A stretch of 64,000 bases of DNA. It comes from Bauldia sp. GTDB lineage: Bacteria > Pseudomonadota > Alphaproteobacteria > Rhizobiales > Kaistiaceae. Positions 35,180 to 46,977 of the stretch are shown here, in pieces. Under the pieces are notes generated by a model. That model saw only the letters and a program-made list of their open reading frames with translations. It was not told where the DNA came from and ran no database searches. Numbering within the stretch: the stretch's first letter is position 1; every line of letters starts with the position of its first letter. The position numbers and the translations under genes were made by a program. The stretch is taken from the NCBI RefSeq assembly GCF_020442045.1, contig NZ_JAGRLA010000062.1, positions 2,878-66,877 of the forward strand. The letters are read 5' to 3'.

Positions 35180-38100
35180 CTAGCCGTCCTGGTCCCGCGA
35201 TTCCAATTGCGCCTTCAGCGCGGCGAGCGCCGCGAAGGGCGAATTCGGATCAGCGGTCTTTTCGCGCGGCTGGCGGCTGGCGGCGGGCTGCCTCGGCTTG
35301 CCGCCGCGATGGCCCTCGGCCTTCCGGTCGCCGCCTCGCGGCTTGCGCTGGCGATTCTTCTGCCCGTTGTCGCCGCCATCGGCTTTCGCCGCCTGCGCGG
35401 CGCGATCGTCCGGCCTCGTCGCGCCGCCGGGCCTTGTCCGCGCCTGGCGGTCGGGCCTGCCGTGGCGGCCGGCGGGGCGGCCCGAGCGCTGCGGCCGCCA
35501 GATCTCGACAAACGCCGGCTCGTCCGGCCCGGCGGCTTCGACCGGGGCCGTGCCGGCGGTCTCGGTAGCCGGGATCCCGGCGCCCTCGGCGGCCACCGCT
35601 GGCGCGGCTTCCGCCGGTGCCACGGGCGCTGCCTCCTCCGTCACGGCCACGGGCTGGTCGGCGCCGCCATCGGGGGCCGTCGATCCGGCAGCTTCGTCCG
35701 GCACGACCGTTTCAATCGGACCATCGGCCGCGACTGCTGTTTCCTCCGGCGGCTCGGCGTCCCCGGCAGGTGCGTCCCCGGTATCGCCGCCAGACGTGGC
35801 GGCGTCGCCGGCCGCCGGTGGTTCAGCCGGCTTCGGCTTGCGTTCCATCCGGTAGCCAAGGGCGCGGAGGACCGAGGAAAAATCCTCGCCGGAGCAGCCG
35901 AGCAGCGACGTCATCGCGACCGTGACGGTGAAGCCGTTGCCGGGAACGGCGCCTTCGGGCGGCTCCGGCCGATCCGTCGTCGGCCGCCAGGCGATCAGCG
36001 GCCGGATCAGGTCGGCCAGCCGTTCGAGGATATCGATGCGGATCGCCATGTTGCCGGCGACGCGATAGCCGACGACGCGGTAGAGAGCCGCCGGGATGGC
36101 GGGATCGACGGGAACGCTGGTGCGGCCGGTGGCGGCGAGGGTGGTCAACCCGCCGACCTCGTCGAAGCCGCCATGCCTGAGGACCCAGAACGTTGCGAGC
36201 AGGGCGCTTGGCGCCGGCTTCAGCAGCGCCGGCACGTAGATGTGATGCGCTCCGAAGCGCACGCCCAGGGCGCGCATTCCGGCGCGGGCGTCCTGATCGA
36301 GGCCGCGGACCTCCTCGGCGATCTCCGATCGATCGATGGTGCCGAAATTCTCCGCCAGCCGGAAGGCGATGCCGCGCGCCGCGGGCGCAAGATTCTCCGC
36401 GTCGCGGAGGTCGAAGAGCGGTTTCAGCAACTCGCCGGCCCGGGTGGCGAGCCAGAGGTCGATGCGGGTCTGCACGAGCTCACGCGAGGCGGGCGCCAGG
36501 GCATCGTCGGCGAGCAGGATCAGACGGGGGCGAAGCGCGTCGTCGCTTTCGGCCAGGCGGGCGATCGCCGCGCCCTGCCAGCGCAGGGTGCCGTCGGTCG
36601 CCAGCGCGAAATCGGCATTGCCGGCGGCGGCGACCTGTTCGGCGCGCCTGGCGATCTCGCCGGCGAGCGACTTGGCCGCGGTCGCGCGCAGCGCCTTGGC
36701 GTCGGGGCCGTCCGCTCCGGCGTCCGGGGCAAACCGGAAGCCGGACAGCGTGCCGATATGCTGGCCCTCGACCAGCACGTCGCCACCGGACGTGATCTCC
36801 GCTTCGAGCATCGCCTTCTCTTTCAGTCGCCTCAGCAGCACGCTTGTCCGGCGATCGACGAAACGGGCGGTCAGCCGCTCGTGCAGCGCGTCGGACAGAC
36901 GATCCTCTATCGCGCGCGTGCGCTCCTGCCAATGGCCGGGATCAGCGAGCCAGTGAGGGCGATTGGCGGCGAAGGTCCAGGTGCGGATATGCGCGACGCG
37001 GTTGGCGAGGGTATCGATGTCGCCGTCATCGCGATCGGCGAAGGCGACCTGGCGGGCGAACCAGTCGTCGGCAATCCGGCCGTCGCGGGCGAGGAATCCG
37101 AAGATCGTCGTCACCAGCTCGGCGTGATTGGCCGGTGCGATCTTGCGGTAGTCGGGGATCTGGCAGACGTCCCAGAGCATCGAGACATCGGCCGGCGACG
37201 TCGCGGCGTCGCGTATCTCCGGGCTTCGGCTGACCGCTTCGAGCACCGTGACGTCGACGGTCGGCGGCGCCTTGGTGAGCGCGCCATCCGGCGGCGCCTG
37301 GTCGAGGCTCGCCTTGAGGGCGACGAGGGAGGAGAAGTCGAGATCGCGACTCCGCCATTGCACGGTCTTGACCGGATCGAATTCGTGGCATTCCAGGGCG
37401 GCGACCAGTTCGTCGGGGAAGGGGTCGACGCGTCCGGTGACCCCGAAGCTGCCGTCGCGCATGTGGCGCCCGGCGCGTCCGGCGATCTGGCCGAATTCCG
37501 AGGCGGTCAGGCGGCGGAACTGAAAGCCGTCGAACTTGCGGTCGGCGGCGAAGGCGACATGCTCGACGTCGAGATTGAGGCCCATGCCGATCGCGTCGGT
37601 GGCGACGAGGAAATCGACGTCGCCGGACTGGAAGAGCTCGACCTGGGCGTTCCGCGCCCGCGGGCTCAGCGAGCCGAGGACCACCGCCGCGCCACCGCGC
37701 TGGCGGCGGATCAGCTCGGCGATCGCATAGACCTCGTCGGCGGAGAAGGCGACGACCGCGGCGCGGCTCGGCAGCCGGGTGATCTTCTTCTGGCCCGAAT
37801 AGCTGAGCACCGACATGCGCGGCCGGGTGACGATATTGGCATCAGGGAACAGCCGCTCGACGATGCCGCGCATGGTGGCGGCGCCGAGGAGCAGCGTTTC
37901 CTCGCGCCCGCGCAGGTGCAGGATGCGGTCGGTGAAGACGTGACCCCGCTCGAGGTCGCCGGCAAGCTGGATCTCGTCGACGGCGAGAAACGCCGCGTCG
38001 GTATCGTTGGGCATCGCCTCGACGGTGCAGACACGGTATTTCGCGTCCGGCGGGATGACTTTCTCCTCGCCGGTGATCAGCGCGACCTTGTCCGGGCCGA

Positions 38101-38284
38101 CCCGTTGGGCGACGCGGCCATAGACCTCGGCGGCGAGGAGACGCAGCGGAAGGCCGATCAGGCCACTCTCGTGGCCGAGCATCCGCTCGATGGCGAGGTG
38201 GGTCTTGCCGGTGTTGGTCGGGCCGAGGACGGCAACCAGCTTTCCGCCATGGGACGCGCCGTTCGAATTCGACTGGAAACTCAT
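35180..38284 (-). CDS. SUV3-like superfamily 2 helicase (MgpS/HelO-type)
   Basis: LGPTNTGKT, DEIQ, ATDAIGMGLN and QIAGRAGR; low-complexity C-terminal tail. Confidence 0.88.
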   Translation of the reverse strand: MSFQSNSNGASHGGKLVAVLGPTNTGKTHLAIERMLGHESGLIGLPLRLLAAEVYGRVAQRVGPDKVALITGEEKVIPPDAKYRVCTVEAMPNDTDAAFLAVDEIQLAGDLERGHVFTDRILHLRGREETLLLGAATMRGIVERLFPDANIVTRPRMSVLSYSGQKKITRLPSRAAVVAFSADEVYAIAELIRRQRGGAAVVLGSLSPRARNAQVELFQSGDVDFLVATDAIGMGLNLDVEHVAFAADRKFDGFQFRRLTASEFGQIAGRAGRHMRDGSFGVTGRVDPFPDELVAALECHEFDPVKTVQWRSRDLDFSSLVALKASLDQAPPDGALTKAPPTVDVTVLEAVSRSPEIRDAATSPADVSMLWDVCQIPDYRKIAPANHAELVTTIFGFLARDGRIADDWFARQVAFADRDDGDIDTLANRVAHIRTWTFAANRPHWLADPGHWQERTRAIEDRLSDALHERLTARFVDRRTSVLLRRLKEKAMLEAEITSGGDVLVEGQHIGTLSGFRFAPDAGADGPDAKALRATAAKSLAGEIARRAEQVAAAGNADFALATDGTLRWQGAAIARLAESDDALRPRLILLADDALAPASRELVQTRIDLWLATRAGELLKPLFDLRDAENLAPAARGIAFRLAENFGTIDRSEIAEEVRGLDQDARAGMRALGVRFGAHHIYVPALLKPAPSALLATFWVLRHGGFDEVGGLTTLAATGRTSVPVDPAIPAALYRVVGYRVAGNMAIRIDILERLADLIRPLIAWRPTTDRPEPPEGAVPGNGFTVTVAMTSLLGCSGEDFSSVLRALGYRMERKPKPAEPPAAGDAATSGGDTGDAPAGDAEPPEETAVAADGPIETVVPDEAAGSTAPDGGADQPVAVTEEAAPVAPAEAAPAVAAEGAGIPATETAGTAPVEAAGPDEPAFVEIWRPQRSGRPAGRHGRPDRQARTRPGGATRPDDRAAQAAKADGGDNGQKNRQRKPRGGDRKAEGHRGGKPRQPAASRQPREKTADPNSPFAALAALKAQLESRDQDG

Positions 38285-38404
38285 GCCGTCTTCAGGGGCT
38301 CCGTTCACTCAAAAGCGGCCGTCGACCGGCCGCTGCCCTGAGCCGATGTAGCACGGAGACGCAACGGTTTTGCTGCGGAATTTCGCGGAAAACCCTCGTC
38401 GGTG

Positions 38405-38419
38405 GAACGAGACTGGAAC
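38405..38419. promoter_or_regulatory. Alphaproteobacterial LexA (SOS) box upstream of the helicase
   Basis: GAAC-GAGACTG-GAAC, an exact GAAC-N7-GAAC match. A second one-mismatch site TTTC-N7-GTTC lies at 38450-38464. Confidence 0.6.
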
Positions 38420-38633
38420 AAAACCGGCCCGAATCGCTGACTCCAGATGTTTCCCGCTCCGTTCCCTACGACATGTGCGCGCGGTCCCGGGACTCGCCCC
38501 AATATCTAGGTGAAACAGGGATAATGCACAAATTCTGGCGCATCGGCCCAAGAAAGCGAGTCGGCACACGCTCAAATGTGGCGAAAACGTGTCAAGCGAG
38601 ATCCGGGCCTCTGTGGATAGCGGGGACAAGAGC

Positions 38634-39497
38634 CTACTCGGCGGACGCCCGCTCTTCCGTCGCGTCCGTCGTGAAGCGTGTCGCATAGACGATGACGTCG
38701 CCAAGCCTGGTGCCGATCAGGATGCGATAGGGGACGAGCAGGTTCTTCTTCTCCACCGGCGCCAGCCAGACCTCGAGGCGGTTGTCGTCGAGGAGGTCAT
38801 TGAGGGAATCGGCGTGCGAACGATGGCCGGCAACCGGGACATAATGGGCCCCGCAGACGATGATCCTGCCGGCATATTTGCCGTCCCCGCCATCGACCGC
38901 CTTGGTCTGCTTGTAGAAGAGCCGCACGTCGAACCGCGTCCAGCCGTCGAAGATATTGATGGTGCGGTCGCAGGTGGCGCGTCCGGAAACCGGGCCGCCA
39001 TGGGCGACCGGCACGATGAAGGCGCCGAGCGGATCGACGATGCCGGTCTTGTGGCGCGGCGTCACCGGAACCCGGTCGGGGGCGGCGGAAAGGCTCGGCA
39101 CCGCGACGAGATTGGTGATCTTTCCGCCCTTCATGGCCATGCTGACATAGGTGCCGAAACCGCGCTCCATGGTTTCCTGATTGAACGTCGCGGGCAGGAC
39201 CTTGGTGCCGGAGATATGGCCGGAGCCGGAAAGCCGCGCCCGCGCGTCGGAGACGAGACGCGACACGCCGCCGGTCGAGCCGGTGATCGTCGCCGCATAG
39301 GAATCGCCGGCGAAACGGCTTTCGACATTGGCGTGGCCGACGACGGCGGTGCCGATGGCGATGGCATAGGTCGCCTTCAGCGTGGTGGTTTCGAGCGCGC
39401 TGAGGCCTGTTGGAAAGAGGGTGAGGGAAAACAGGGCCGCGACCGCAGAAAGCCGGGTACCGATACCGCCTGTTCGAATTTGGCCGCTCATTGGCAT
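38634..39497 (-). CDS. DUF3108-type exported protein
   Basis: Signal-like N-terminus, GIVDPLGA, IFDGWTRFDV and LEVWLAP; conserved position divergent from rpmB. Confidence 0.7.
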   Translation of the reverse strand: MPMSGQIRTGGIGTRLSAVAALFSLTLFPTGLSALETTTLKATYAIAIGTAVVGHANVESRFAGDSYAATITGSTGGVSRLVSDARARLSGSGHISGTKVLPATFNQETMERGFGTYVSMAMKGGKITNLVAVPSLSAAPDRVPVTPRHKTGIVDPLGAFIVPVAHGGPVSGRATCDRTINIFDGWTRFDVRLFYKQTKAVDGGDGKYAGRIIVCGAHYVPVAGHRSHADSLNDLLDDNRLEVWLAPVEKKNLLVPYRILIGTRLGDVIVYATRFTTDATEERASAE

Positions 39498-39621
39498 GAT
39501 GATGCCACATCAGCCGGCCAGGCCGGCAGTCCCATCGCCGCACCGTGAGCGCGGACGGTTAATGATTCGCCGTCTCCCTTAATAAGGGAATTGACCACGA
39601 GGGTCACGCGCCTATCCCTGC

Positions 39622-39650
39622 TTGACGCTCGCGCGACGGCTGACTATAGG
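39622..39650 (+). promoter_or_regulatory. Sigma70 promoter of rpmB
   Basis: TTGACG-N17-TATAGG. Confidence 0.65.
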
Positions 39651-39730
39651 ATGCCGCCTTCCATCAGGATTTCAGTCGCTGCCTTGCCGAATGGGCGGGG
39701 CGCGCTCGCGAAGACAAAAGGACGTATCCC

Positions 39731-40033
39731 ATGGCGCGCCGCTGTGAGTTGACCGGTAAAGCGGTCCAGACCGGCAACAATGTCAGCCACGCGAACAACA
39801 AGACGCGCCGGCGGTTCTTGCCCAATCTCAACCAGGTGACGCTGATGAGCGACGCACTCGGCCAGAGGGTGCGGCTCAAGATCAGCTCCAAGGCCCTGCG
39901 CTCGGTCGAGCATCGCGGCGGGCTCGACAAGTTCCTGCTGGCTTCGCGCGACAGCGAGCTGTCGCTTCACGCCCGTCGCATCAAGCGGCAGGTCGAGAAG
40001 CGCGTCGCCGCCGAGCAGGCGCAGGCCTCCTGA
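39731..40033 (+). CDS. rpmB: 50S ribosomal protein L28
   Basis: [10 protein letters not shown]...[19 protein letters not shown]. Confidence 0.96.
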   Translation: MARRCELTGKAVQTGNNVSHANNKTRRRFLPNLNQVTLMSDALGQRVRLKISSKALRSVEHRGGLDKFLLASRDSELSLHARRIKRQVEKRVAAEQAQAS

Positions 40034-40067
40034 GGGATTTCGGCCCGAACCGGCGCACCGGCGCGGT

Positions 40068-41090
40068 TCATCCGATCAGCGCGAAGTAGAGCAGCAGGGT
40101 CCGCTGCAGCGGGCTGCCGTTGTCGTCCGATACGATGGCGATGATGGTCTCGCCTTGCTCGTTCACATGGACGGCGAGGCCTTCCATGTTGTCGATCTGG
40201 AAGCGGAGATCCGCCGCGACCAGGGTTTCCGCGGCGACCACAGCGCCGCTCGCCAATTCCTCGCCGGCGATCCTGCGGATCCGCATCGTGAAGCCGAAAG
40301 GGAAGCTCAGCGCGCGCTCGAGGATCAGCAGGTCGCCGTCGGGCAGGAAGGCGGCGTCGGTGATCCCGTAATCGCTGTCGCCCGATATCTCGAACGATCC
40401 CGCCTTCGGCCCGCCGACGATCCAGCCGCGGTGATCGTCGCTGCCGCGCGGCGGTTCCTCCGCGATCACCACGAAGGCCCCGCCGAGGGGGCCTGAGGCC
40501 GGCGCGATCGCCAGCGCTTCAAGCCCGGTATTACGGGGGAGCGAGCGAACGGCGCCCGGCAGATCGACAGGATGCGACGCCGAGATCGCGAAGTCGGGAC
40601 CATCGAACCGGCGCATGTCGTTGACGCCCTCGAAGGTGACGTAAGCCACGTCGTGCGAGCCGTCTTTGTCGATGCGAAAACCTTCGGCGTCGCCCCAGGC
40701 CTTGCCGGAGAGCGGAATGCCGGCGTTGTTGAGCATCGGCGCGACGCGCCCGTCCTCGAGTCCGGTCAGGCGCCCGTCGGTCGTGACCGGTCGCGCCGCG
40801 AACCAGCGTCCACGATCGGAAACGGCGTAGAGCGTGCCGTCGGAGGCGAAGTCCAGTCCCGAGAGCGAGCCGAAGCGGCGGTCCGGGGAGGAGAGCTCCA
40901 GCCCGCCGCGGAATTGCAGGGGGCCGAAGACCTGCTTCGGCAGCGACGGGAGGAAGGTCTCGATCGGCCTGGCGTGGAGCGCGATCGGCTGGAAACCGGG
41001 AGACGCCGCGCGGGCAAGAACCGGCAGCGCCAGGCAAAGAAAGCCGCCGGAAAGCAACGAACGGCGGTCGACCCCGTGCCGCCGGCTCAT
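40068..41090 (-). CDS. Esterase-like activity of phytase family protein
   Basis: Tat-like RRSLL signal, [22 protein letters not shown] and VSDDN; ATGA overlap with cobT. Confidence 0.8.
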   Translation of the reverse strand: MSRRHGVDRRSLLSGGFLCLALPVLARAASPGFQPIALHARPIETFLPSLPKQVFGPLQFRGGLELSSPDRRFGSLSGLDFASDGTLYAVSDRGRWFAARPVTTDGRLTGLEDGRVAPMLNNAGIPLSGKAWGDAEGFRIDKDGSHDVAYVTFEGVNDMRRFDGPDFAISASHPVDLPGAVRSLPRNTGLEALAIAPASGPLGGAFVVIAEEPPRGSDDHRGWIVGGPKAGSFEISGDSDYGITDAAFLPDGDLLILERALSFPFGFTMRIRRIAGEELASGAVVAAETLVAADLRFQIDNMEGLAVHVNEQGETIIAIVSDDNGSPLQRTLLLYFALIG

Positions 41091-42985
41091 TGCAGCAGGG
41101 CGCGCCTTCTGGTGCGCGCCGGCCGCGGCGCCGATACGCCCTCCTCGCTGAACAGCTCGGCGAGCTTGTCGGTCATTGCGCCGGCCAGTTCCTCGGCATC
41201 GACGATCGTCACCGCGCGCCGGTAGTAGCGGGTGACGTCGTGGCCGATGCCGATGGCGATCAATTCGACCGGCGAACGGGTCTCGATCTCCTCGATGACG
41301 TGGCGCAGGTGACGCTCGAGATAGTTGCCGGGGTTGACGGAAAGCGTCGAGTCGTCGACCGGCGCCCCGTCCGAGATCATCATCAGGACCTTGCGCTGCT
41401 CGGGCCGCCCGATCAGCCGCGCATGCGCCCAGGCGAGCGCCTCGCCGTCGATATTCTCCTTCAGCAGCCCCTCGCGCATCATCAGGCCGAGATTCCGCCG
41501 TGAGCGGCGCCAGGGCGCGTCGGCGCCCTTGTAGACGATGTGACGAAGGTCGTTGAGCCGGCCCGGATTGGCGGGCTTGCCCGCCTGCAGCCACGCCTCG
41601 CGGGACTGGCCGCCTTTCCAGGCGCGGGTGGTGAAGCCGAGAATCTCGACCTTGACGCCGCAGCGCTCGAGCGTACGGGCGAGGATGTCGGCGCAGGTCG
41701 CCGCGACGGTGATCGGCCGCCCGCGCATCGACCCGGAATTGTCAAGCAGCAGCGTCACCACGGTGTCGCGGAATTCGGTGTCGCGCTCGGCCTTGAAGGA
41801 AAGCGGATGCATCGGGTCGGTGACGACGCGCGACAGGCGCGCGGCGTCGATCAGGCCCTCTTCGAGGTCGAATTCCCAGGCGCGGTTCTGCTGCGCCATC
41901 AATCGTCTTTGAAGGCGGTTGGCGAGGCGCGCGACGGCGCCCTGGAGATTGACGAGCTGCTTGTCGAGATAGGCGCGCAGGCGGTCGAGCTCGGCGGTGT
42001 CGCAAAGCTCCTCCGCCTTGATGGTCTCGTCGTAGCGGGTGGTGAAGGCGCGATAGTCGGAGGTCGGCGGCATGTTCGAGAAAGGCGCCTCGGCGCGACG
42101 CGATTCGCCCGCCTCGCGCGCATCGGACAGCTCGCTATCCTCGATCATCTCCTCGGTTTCGGCCTCGGCCGATTCACCTTCGCCGGCCTCGGCATCCTCG
42201 GCCGCGGCCTCGACGTTTTCAGGGCTCGCGGCCTCGGCGGCCTCGCTCGCATCGGCGGCGCCGTCATTCTCCTCCGGCTCGCCGGCGTCACCCTCGTCGC
42301 CGTCGTCGTCGCCGCTCTCGCCGCCGAGCTCGTCGGCCATGTCGAGCGAGGCGATCAGGTCGCGGAGGGCGAGCGCGAAGCGCCCCTGGTCGTCCAGCGC
42401 GGCGTCGAGCCTTTCGAGATCGTCGCCGGCCCGCTCCTCGATCCAGTCGCGCCAGAGGTCGACGACCTTGCGGCTCGATTCCGGCGGCGGCTTTCCGGTC
42501 AGCCGCTCGCGAACGATCATCGCCACCGCGTCCTCCAGCGGCGCGTCGGCCTGGTCGGTGATCTCGTGGTAGTTGCCGCGATGGTAGCGGTCCTCGAGCA
42601 TCGCATCGAGATTCTCCGCGACGCCGCCCATCCTCAGCGAACCCAGGGCCTCGACCCGGGCCTGCTCGACCGCGTCATAGACCGACCGGGCGTTTCGCCC
42701 CTCGGGCATGTTGGCACGATGGATCGCCGTGTCGTGGCAGGCGAGCCGCAACGCGATCGAATCGCCGAGCCCGCGGGTCACGGCGATGTCGTTCGCCGTC
42801 ATCTTGCGCGGCGGATCGGGGAGACGCGCCTTGTGGCCGGACAGGAGCGGCCGATCGGCCGCGAAGCTCACCTCGAGCTCGGGGTCGCCCGCGATCGCCC
42901 GCATGCAGCCGGTGATCGACCGCTTCAGCGGATCAGCCGGGCTCTCGGCACCCTTGCCACGCGATGTCTCGTTGGATCCAGCCAC
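41087..42985 (-). CDS. cobT: Cobaltochelatase subunit CobT
   Basis: Acidic linker plus v[15 protein letters not shown] and [11 protein letters not shown]. Confidence 0.93.
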   Translation of the reverse strand: MAGSNETSRGKGAESPADPLKRSITGCMRAIAGDPELEVSFAADRPLLSGHKARLPDPPRKMTANDIAVTRGLGDSIALRLACHDTAIHRANMPEGRNARSVYDAVEQARVEALGSLRMGGVAENLDAMLEDRYHRGNYHEITDQADAPLEDAVAMIVRERLTGKPPPESSRKVVDLWRDWIEERAGDDLERLDAALDDQGRFALALRDLIASLDMADELGGESGDDDGDEGDAGEPEENDGAADASEAAEAASPENVEAAAEDAEAGEGESAEAETEEMIEDSELSDAREAGESRRAEAPFSNMPPTSDYRAFTTRYDETIKAEELCDTAELDRLRAYLDKQLVNLQGAVARLANRLQRRLMAQQNRAWEFDLEEGLIDAARLSRVVTDPMHPLSFKAERDTEFRDTVVTLLLDNSGSMRGRPITVAATCADILARTLERCGVKVEILGFTTRAWKGGQSREAWLQAGKPANPGRLNDLRHIVYKGADAPWRRSRRNLGLMMREGLLKENIDGEALAWAHARLIGRPEQRKVLMMISDGAPVDDSTLSVNPGNYLERHLRHVIEEIETRSPVELIAIGIGHDVTRYYRRAVTIVDAEELAGAMTDKLAELFSEEGVSAPRPARTRRRALLQ

Positions 42986-42994
42986 GACGCACCG

Positions 42995-43981
42995 TCAGCT
43001 CAGGACGACGTTGGCAGCCGACTGAGGCAGCTCCTGGTTGAAGCAGCGCTGATAGAATTCAGCGACCAGCGGCTGCTCGAGTTCGTCGCATTTGTTGATG
43101 AAGGTCACCCGCAGGGCGAAGGCGATATCCGAGAAGATCTCGGCATTCTCCGCCCAGGTGATCACCGTACGCGGGCTCATGACCGTCGAAAGGTCGCCGT
43201 TGATGAAGGCGTTGCGGGTCATATCGGCGACGCGGACCATCTTGCCGATGATGTCGCGCTGCTCGGCATCGCGATAGCTCGGTACCTTGGCGGCGACGAT
43301 ATCGACCTCCTTGTCGTGCGGCAGGTAGTTCAGCGTGGTGACGATCGACCAGCGGTCCATCTGGCCCTGGTTGATCTGCTGGGTGCCGTGATAGAGGCCG
43401 GAGGTGTCGCCGAGGCCGACGGTGTTGGCGGTCGCGAAGAGCCGGAAGGCCGGGTGCGGCCGGATCACCTTGTTCTGGTCGAGCAGCGTCAGGCGGCCCT
43501 GGACCTCCAGGACACGCTGGATAACGAACATGACGTCCGGCCGGCCGGCGTCATACTCGTCGAAGCAGAGCGCGATATTGTGCTTCAGCGCCCAGGGCAG
43601 GATGCCGTCGCGGAACTCGGTGAATTGCTGGCCGTCGCGCAGCACGATGGCATCGCGGCCGATGAGGTCGATCCGGCTGATATGGCTGTCGAGATTGACC
43701 CGGACGCAGGGCCAGTTGAGGCGCGCCGCGATCTGCTCGATGTGGCTCGACTTGCCGGTACCGTGATAGCCCGAGACCAGAACCCGGCGATTGTGGGCAA
43801 AGCCGGCAAGGATGGCGAGCGTCGTCTCGCGGTCGAAGAGGTAGTCCGGATCGGTATCCGGAACATGCTCGTCGCCGACGGAATAGGCCGGAACCTCGAG
43901 ATCGCTGTCGATCCCGAAGACCTGGCGAACGGAAACCTTCATATCGGGCGTGGGAGCCCGTTCTTCTTGCGCTTCAATCAT
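42995..43981 (-). CDS. cobS: Cobaltochelatase AAA+ subunit CobS
   Basis: [19 protein letters not shown] and NQGQMDRW. Confidence 0.95.
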   Translation of the reverse strand: MIEAQEERAPTPDMKVSVRQVFGIDSDLEVPAYSVGDEHVPDTDPDYLFDRETTLAILAGFAHNRRVLVSGYHGTGKSSHIEQIAARLNWPCVRVNLDSHISRIDLIGRDAIVLRDGQQFTEFRDGILPWALKHNIALCFDEYDAGRPDVMFVIQRVLEVQGRLTLLDQNKVIRPHPAFRLFATANTVGLGDTSGLYHGTQQINQGQMDRWSIVTTLNYLPHDKEVDIVAAKVPSYRDAEQRDIIGKMVRVADMTRNAFINGDLSTVMSPRTVITWAENAEIFSDIAFALRVTFINKCDELEQPLVAEFYQRCFNQELPQSAANVVLS

Positions 43982-44156
43982 AATTCCCCCGCAGGGCGAG
44001 TTCGCGTGCCCTCGGTTCGAGGTGTCAAAAAAGGCTGTGATCGCGGAAATCAGGCGCAGACCAACAGGATTGGCGTGCTTTATATAGGAAGTCCGCCGGA
44101 ATTGGGAAACAGCTTCGTCGGCCGGAGAAGGATAACGCCCCGCGTCGCGACGGGGC

Positions 44157-44759
44157 TCAGCAGAAGCCCGCGGATTTGAGGTAGTTGTAGGCCTGAATGA
44201 TTTGCCGCAGCCGGTCTTCCAGGCTGCGATCGCCGCCGTTGGCGTCCGGATGGAGGCGCTTCACCAGCTCCTTGTAGCGCGCCTTGATCTCCTGGCCGCT
44301 TTCCGTCCCCTCCAGATCCAGCGCCTCGAAGGAACGGCGTTCGAAATTGCCGAGGGGGCGCCGCGGCTCGGGCTCGGCGGATTGTCCATTGGCCGCGCCG
44401 CCGAAAAAGCCGAAGGGATCGACAAAGGCCTCGCTCCATTGCGGCCGGGCCGAACCGCCGGCCCCCATCTTGTTGACGCCGACATTCCAGGTCGGCCGAT
44501 GCCCGGTCGAGGCGGAGCGCTGATAGGCGACGATGTCGTCGTCCTGCATGCCTTCGAAATAGTTGTAGGACTTGTTGTATTCGCGGACATGGGCGATGCA
44601 GAAATTATGATATTCACCCTCGCGGTGCCGGCCCTTGGGGGCGCGGTAGCCGCCGGCGTTCCGGCACCCTTCCCATTCGCAGCGTTGCGGCTCCTGCGGT
44701 TCCGCGGGATTCTCCGGCTTGATGCGGATGCTGTCGAAATATTTTGAGTTCAGATCCAT
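44157..44759 (-). CDS. DnaJ-domain protein (C-terminal J domain)
   Basis: [15 protein letters not shown]...RAPK...[16 protein letters not shown] and LHPDANGG. Confidence 0.88.
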   Translation of the reverse strand: MDLNSKYFDSIRIKPENPAEPQEPQRCEWEGCRNAGGYRAPKGRHREGEYHNFCIAHVREYNKSYNYFEGMQDDDIVAYQRSASTGHRPTWNVGVNKMGAGGSARPQWSEAFVDPFGFFGGAANGQSAEPEPRRPLGNFERRSFEALDLEGTESGQEIKARYKELVKRLHPDANGGDRSLEDRLRQIIQAYNYLKSAGFC

Positions 44760-44825
44760 GGCCCGAATTATTATCTGCCGGTCGATGGCCGACAAGAAGT
44801 GGATCGGCTTCAGGGGGACGATTTG

Positions 44826-45095
44826 ATGACGACCGGTACGGAAGAGAGAATCACGCGGACGTTAACCGAGGCTTTTCGTCCGGCCCAGATCGATGTGGTC
44901 GATGAATCCGATCTGCACAAGGGTCACGCGGGCCATCGTCCCGAAGGCGAAACGCATTTCCGCGTCCGCATCGTGTCCGAGGCCTTCCGCGGACGGAGCC
45001 GCGTCGACACCCACCGCCTGATCAACGCCGCGCTCAAGCAGGAACTCGAGGGCGGCGTCCATGCCCTGGCGATCGAGGCGAAGGCTCCCGACTAG
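44826..45095 (+). CDS. bolA: BolA family protein
   Basis: DESDLHKGHAG, ETHFRVRIVS, HRLINAAL and VHALAI. Confidence 0.9.
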   Translation: MTTGTEERITRTLTEAFRPAQIDVVDESDLHKGHAGHRPEGETHFRVRIVSEAFRGRSRVDTHRLINAALKQELEGGVHALAIEAKAPD

Positions 45096-45616
45096 GTCGC
45101 CCGTTCCGTCCCCGCCTCGCGCTGGCGGCGGGTATTGGTCTCGAAATCCTCGATCGCTTCCGGAGCGATCTGCCGCAGCGTCTCCGGGATATCCCCGGCG
45201 ATCGGCATCTCGAGATAGATCGGCCGCGGATAGCCCGGCGCGACGACGACCAGGTAATGGGTCCGGACGTTCCGCTTGGCGACCTTGATCCAGTGCCGCC
45301 AGCCGGTGAGCTGGCCGAGATCCTGTTCCAGCACCAGCGGGCGATAGGGCCGCCAGACCGCGATCGCCGACTTGCCGCTGGCGGGATCCGCATCAAGCCA
45401 CTGGGCCTGGTCGCGCCCTTCGTTCCAGACGGTATAGCCGCCGACGATGCCGCCACCGACGAACAGGACGCCGAACATCGCCCCCGTCGGGTCCGGCGAC
45501 CCGAGGGCGAAGGCGTTCCAGAGGTCCCACAGGCCGAACAGGATCACGACGACCAGGACGATCACCGAGATGTTCGACGTTCGCGCCAGCCGGCGGTTCT
45601 CGAAGACGCGGGTCAT
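45092..45616 (-). CDS. Hypothetical membrane protein (2 TM plus soluble domain)
   Basis: Two hydrophobic helices; follows leuB on the same strand; stop shares a CTAG with bolA. Confidence 0.65.
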   Translation of the reverse strand: MTRVFENRRLARTSNISVIVLVVVILFGLWDLWNAFALGSPDPTGAMFGVLFVGGGIVGGYTVWNEGRDQAQWLDADPASGKSAIAVWRPYRPLVLEQDLGQLTGWRHWIKVAKRNVRTHYLVVVAPGYPRPIYLEMPIAGDIPETLRQIAPEAIEDFETNTRRQREAGTERAT

Positions 45617-45653
45617 CGCGAAGGCTCCGACCGGGCGTGCGAACGGTTGCTGA

Positions 45654-46760
45654 TCATGCGGCTGCTTCGAGCTCCGAGATGATCGCGGCGGTCATTTCGC
45701 CGGTACCGACGAGAGTGGACCCCTCGCTCATCAGATCGGGCGTCCTGAGGCCCTTGGCAAGAGCCGCGGCGATCGCCGCGTCGAGCTGGTCGGCCTCGGC
45801 GACCATGTTGAAGGAGTAGCGCAGCGCCATGCCGAAGCTCGCGATCATCGCGATCGGATTGGCTCTTCCCTGGCCGGCGATGTCGGGGGCGGAGCCATGG
45901 ACCGGCTCGTAGAGCGCCTTGCGCTTGCCGGTCAGCGCGTCCGGCGCGCCGAGCGAGGCCGAAGGCAGCATGCCGAGCGAGCCGGTGAGCATCGCCGCGA
46001 CGTCGGACAGCATGTCGCCGAACAGGTTGTCGGTGACGATGACGTCGAATTGCTTCGGTGCGCGGACCAGCTGCATGCCGCCGGCGTCAGCCAGCATGTG
46101 CTCGAGCTCGACGTCCTCGTATCCGTGCCTGTGGGTCTCGGTCACGACCTCGCGCCACAGCACGCCCGACTTCATGACGTTGCGCTTCTCCATCGAGGTG
46201 ACCTTGTTCCGCCGGGTGCGGGCAAGCTCGAACGCGACGCGGGCGATCCGCTCGATTTCATAGGAGTCATAGACCTGGGTGTCGATCGCGCGCTTCTGGC
46301 CGTTGCCGATATCGGTGATCGTCTTCGGCTCGCCGAAATAGACGCCCCCGGTGAGCTCGCGCAGGATCAGGATGTCGAGGCCCTCGACCAGCTCGCGCTT
46401 CAGCGACGAGGCGTCGGCGAGCGCCGGGTAGACGATGGCGGGGCGAAGATTGGCGAACAGCTCGAGCTCCTTGCGGAGCCGCAGGAGACCTGCCTCGGGC
46501 CGGACGTCATAGCCGACATCGTCCCACTTGGGGCCGCCGACGGCGCCGAAGAGGACGGCATCGGCGGCAAGCGCCTTCTCCATCGTCGCATCGGCAATCG
46601 CCGCGCCATGAACGTCATAGGCGCTGCCGCCGACGAGGTCCTCCTCGCAGGCGAATCCCGCGCCGCGGGCATTGAACCAGTCGATCACGCTCCGGGTCGC
46701 CGCCATGACTTCCGGACCGATGCCGTCGCCGGGGAGAAGAAGGAGGTTCTTGGTGGTCAT
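45654..46760 (-). CDS. leuB: 3-isopropylmalate dehydrogenase
   Basis: [18 protein letters not shown] and [13 protein letters not shown]. Confidence 0.96.
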   Translation of the reverse strand: MTTKNLLLLPGDGIGPEVMAATRSVIDWFNARGAGFACEEDLVGGSAYDVHGAAIADATMEKALAADAVLFGAVGGPKWDDVGYDVRPEAGLLRLRKELELFANLRPAIVYPALADASSLKRELVEGLDILILRELTGGVYFGEPKTITDIGNGQKRAIDTQVYDSYEIERIARVAFELARTRRNKVTSMEKRNVMKSGVLWREVVTETHRHGYEDVELEHMLADAGGMQLVRAPKQFDVIVTDNLFGDMLSDVAAMLTGSLGMLPSASLGAPDALTGKRKALYEPVHGSAPDIAGQGRANPIAMIASFGMALRYSFNMVAEADQLDAAIAAALAKGLRTPDLMSEGSTLVGTGEMTAAIISELEAAA

Positions 46761-46904
46761 CGTGAGCCTTGAATAGATTTCGAAAGCGCTGGCGTACCGG
46801 TGAGACCCGGCAAATGCAAGTGTGGTCTGCCCGCCCGCGGGGGCAAACCGGACGACCCGGAGATGGCCGGAAAGGCGCGCCGGGTCGCCGTGCCGCGAAG
46901 CCTT

Positions 46905-46933
46905 TTGACGCGCTGCGGCACAGGCGCTAGAAC
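46905..46933 (+). promoter_or_regulatory. Sigma70 promoter of the sdh operon
   Basis: TTGACG-N17-TAGAAC. Confidence 0.6.
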
Positions 46934-46977
46934 CGTTCCGACAGCCTTATTCATTCACGCCGACAGGCACCGGGAAC

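Noticed and set aside
35078-38341. 1087-aa plus-strand ORF, and similar 41540-44179
   Set aside because: Antisense shadows of the helicase and of cobST.
43982-44156. Possible cobalamin riboswitch upstream of cobS
   Set aside because: No B12-box core elements seen; only a terminator-like hairpin (44137-44156) and an AT-rich promoter patch.
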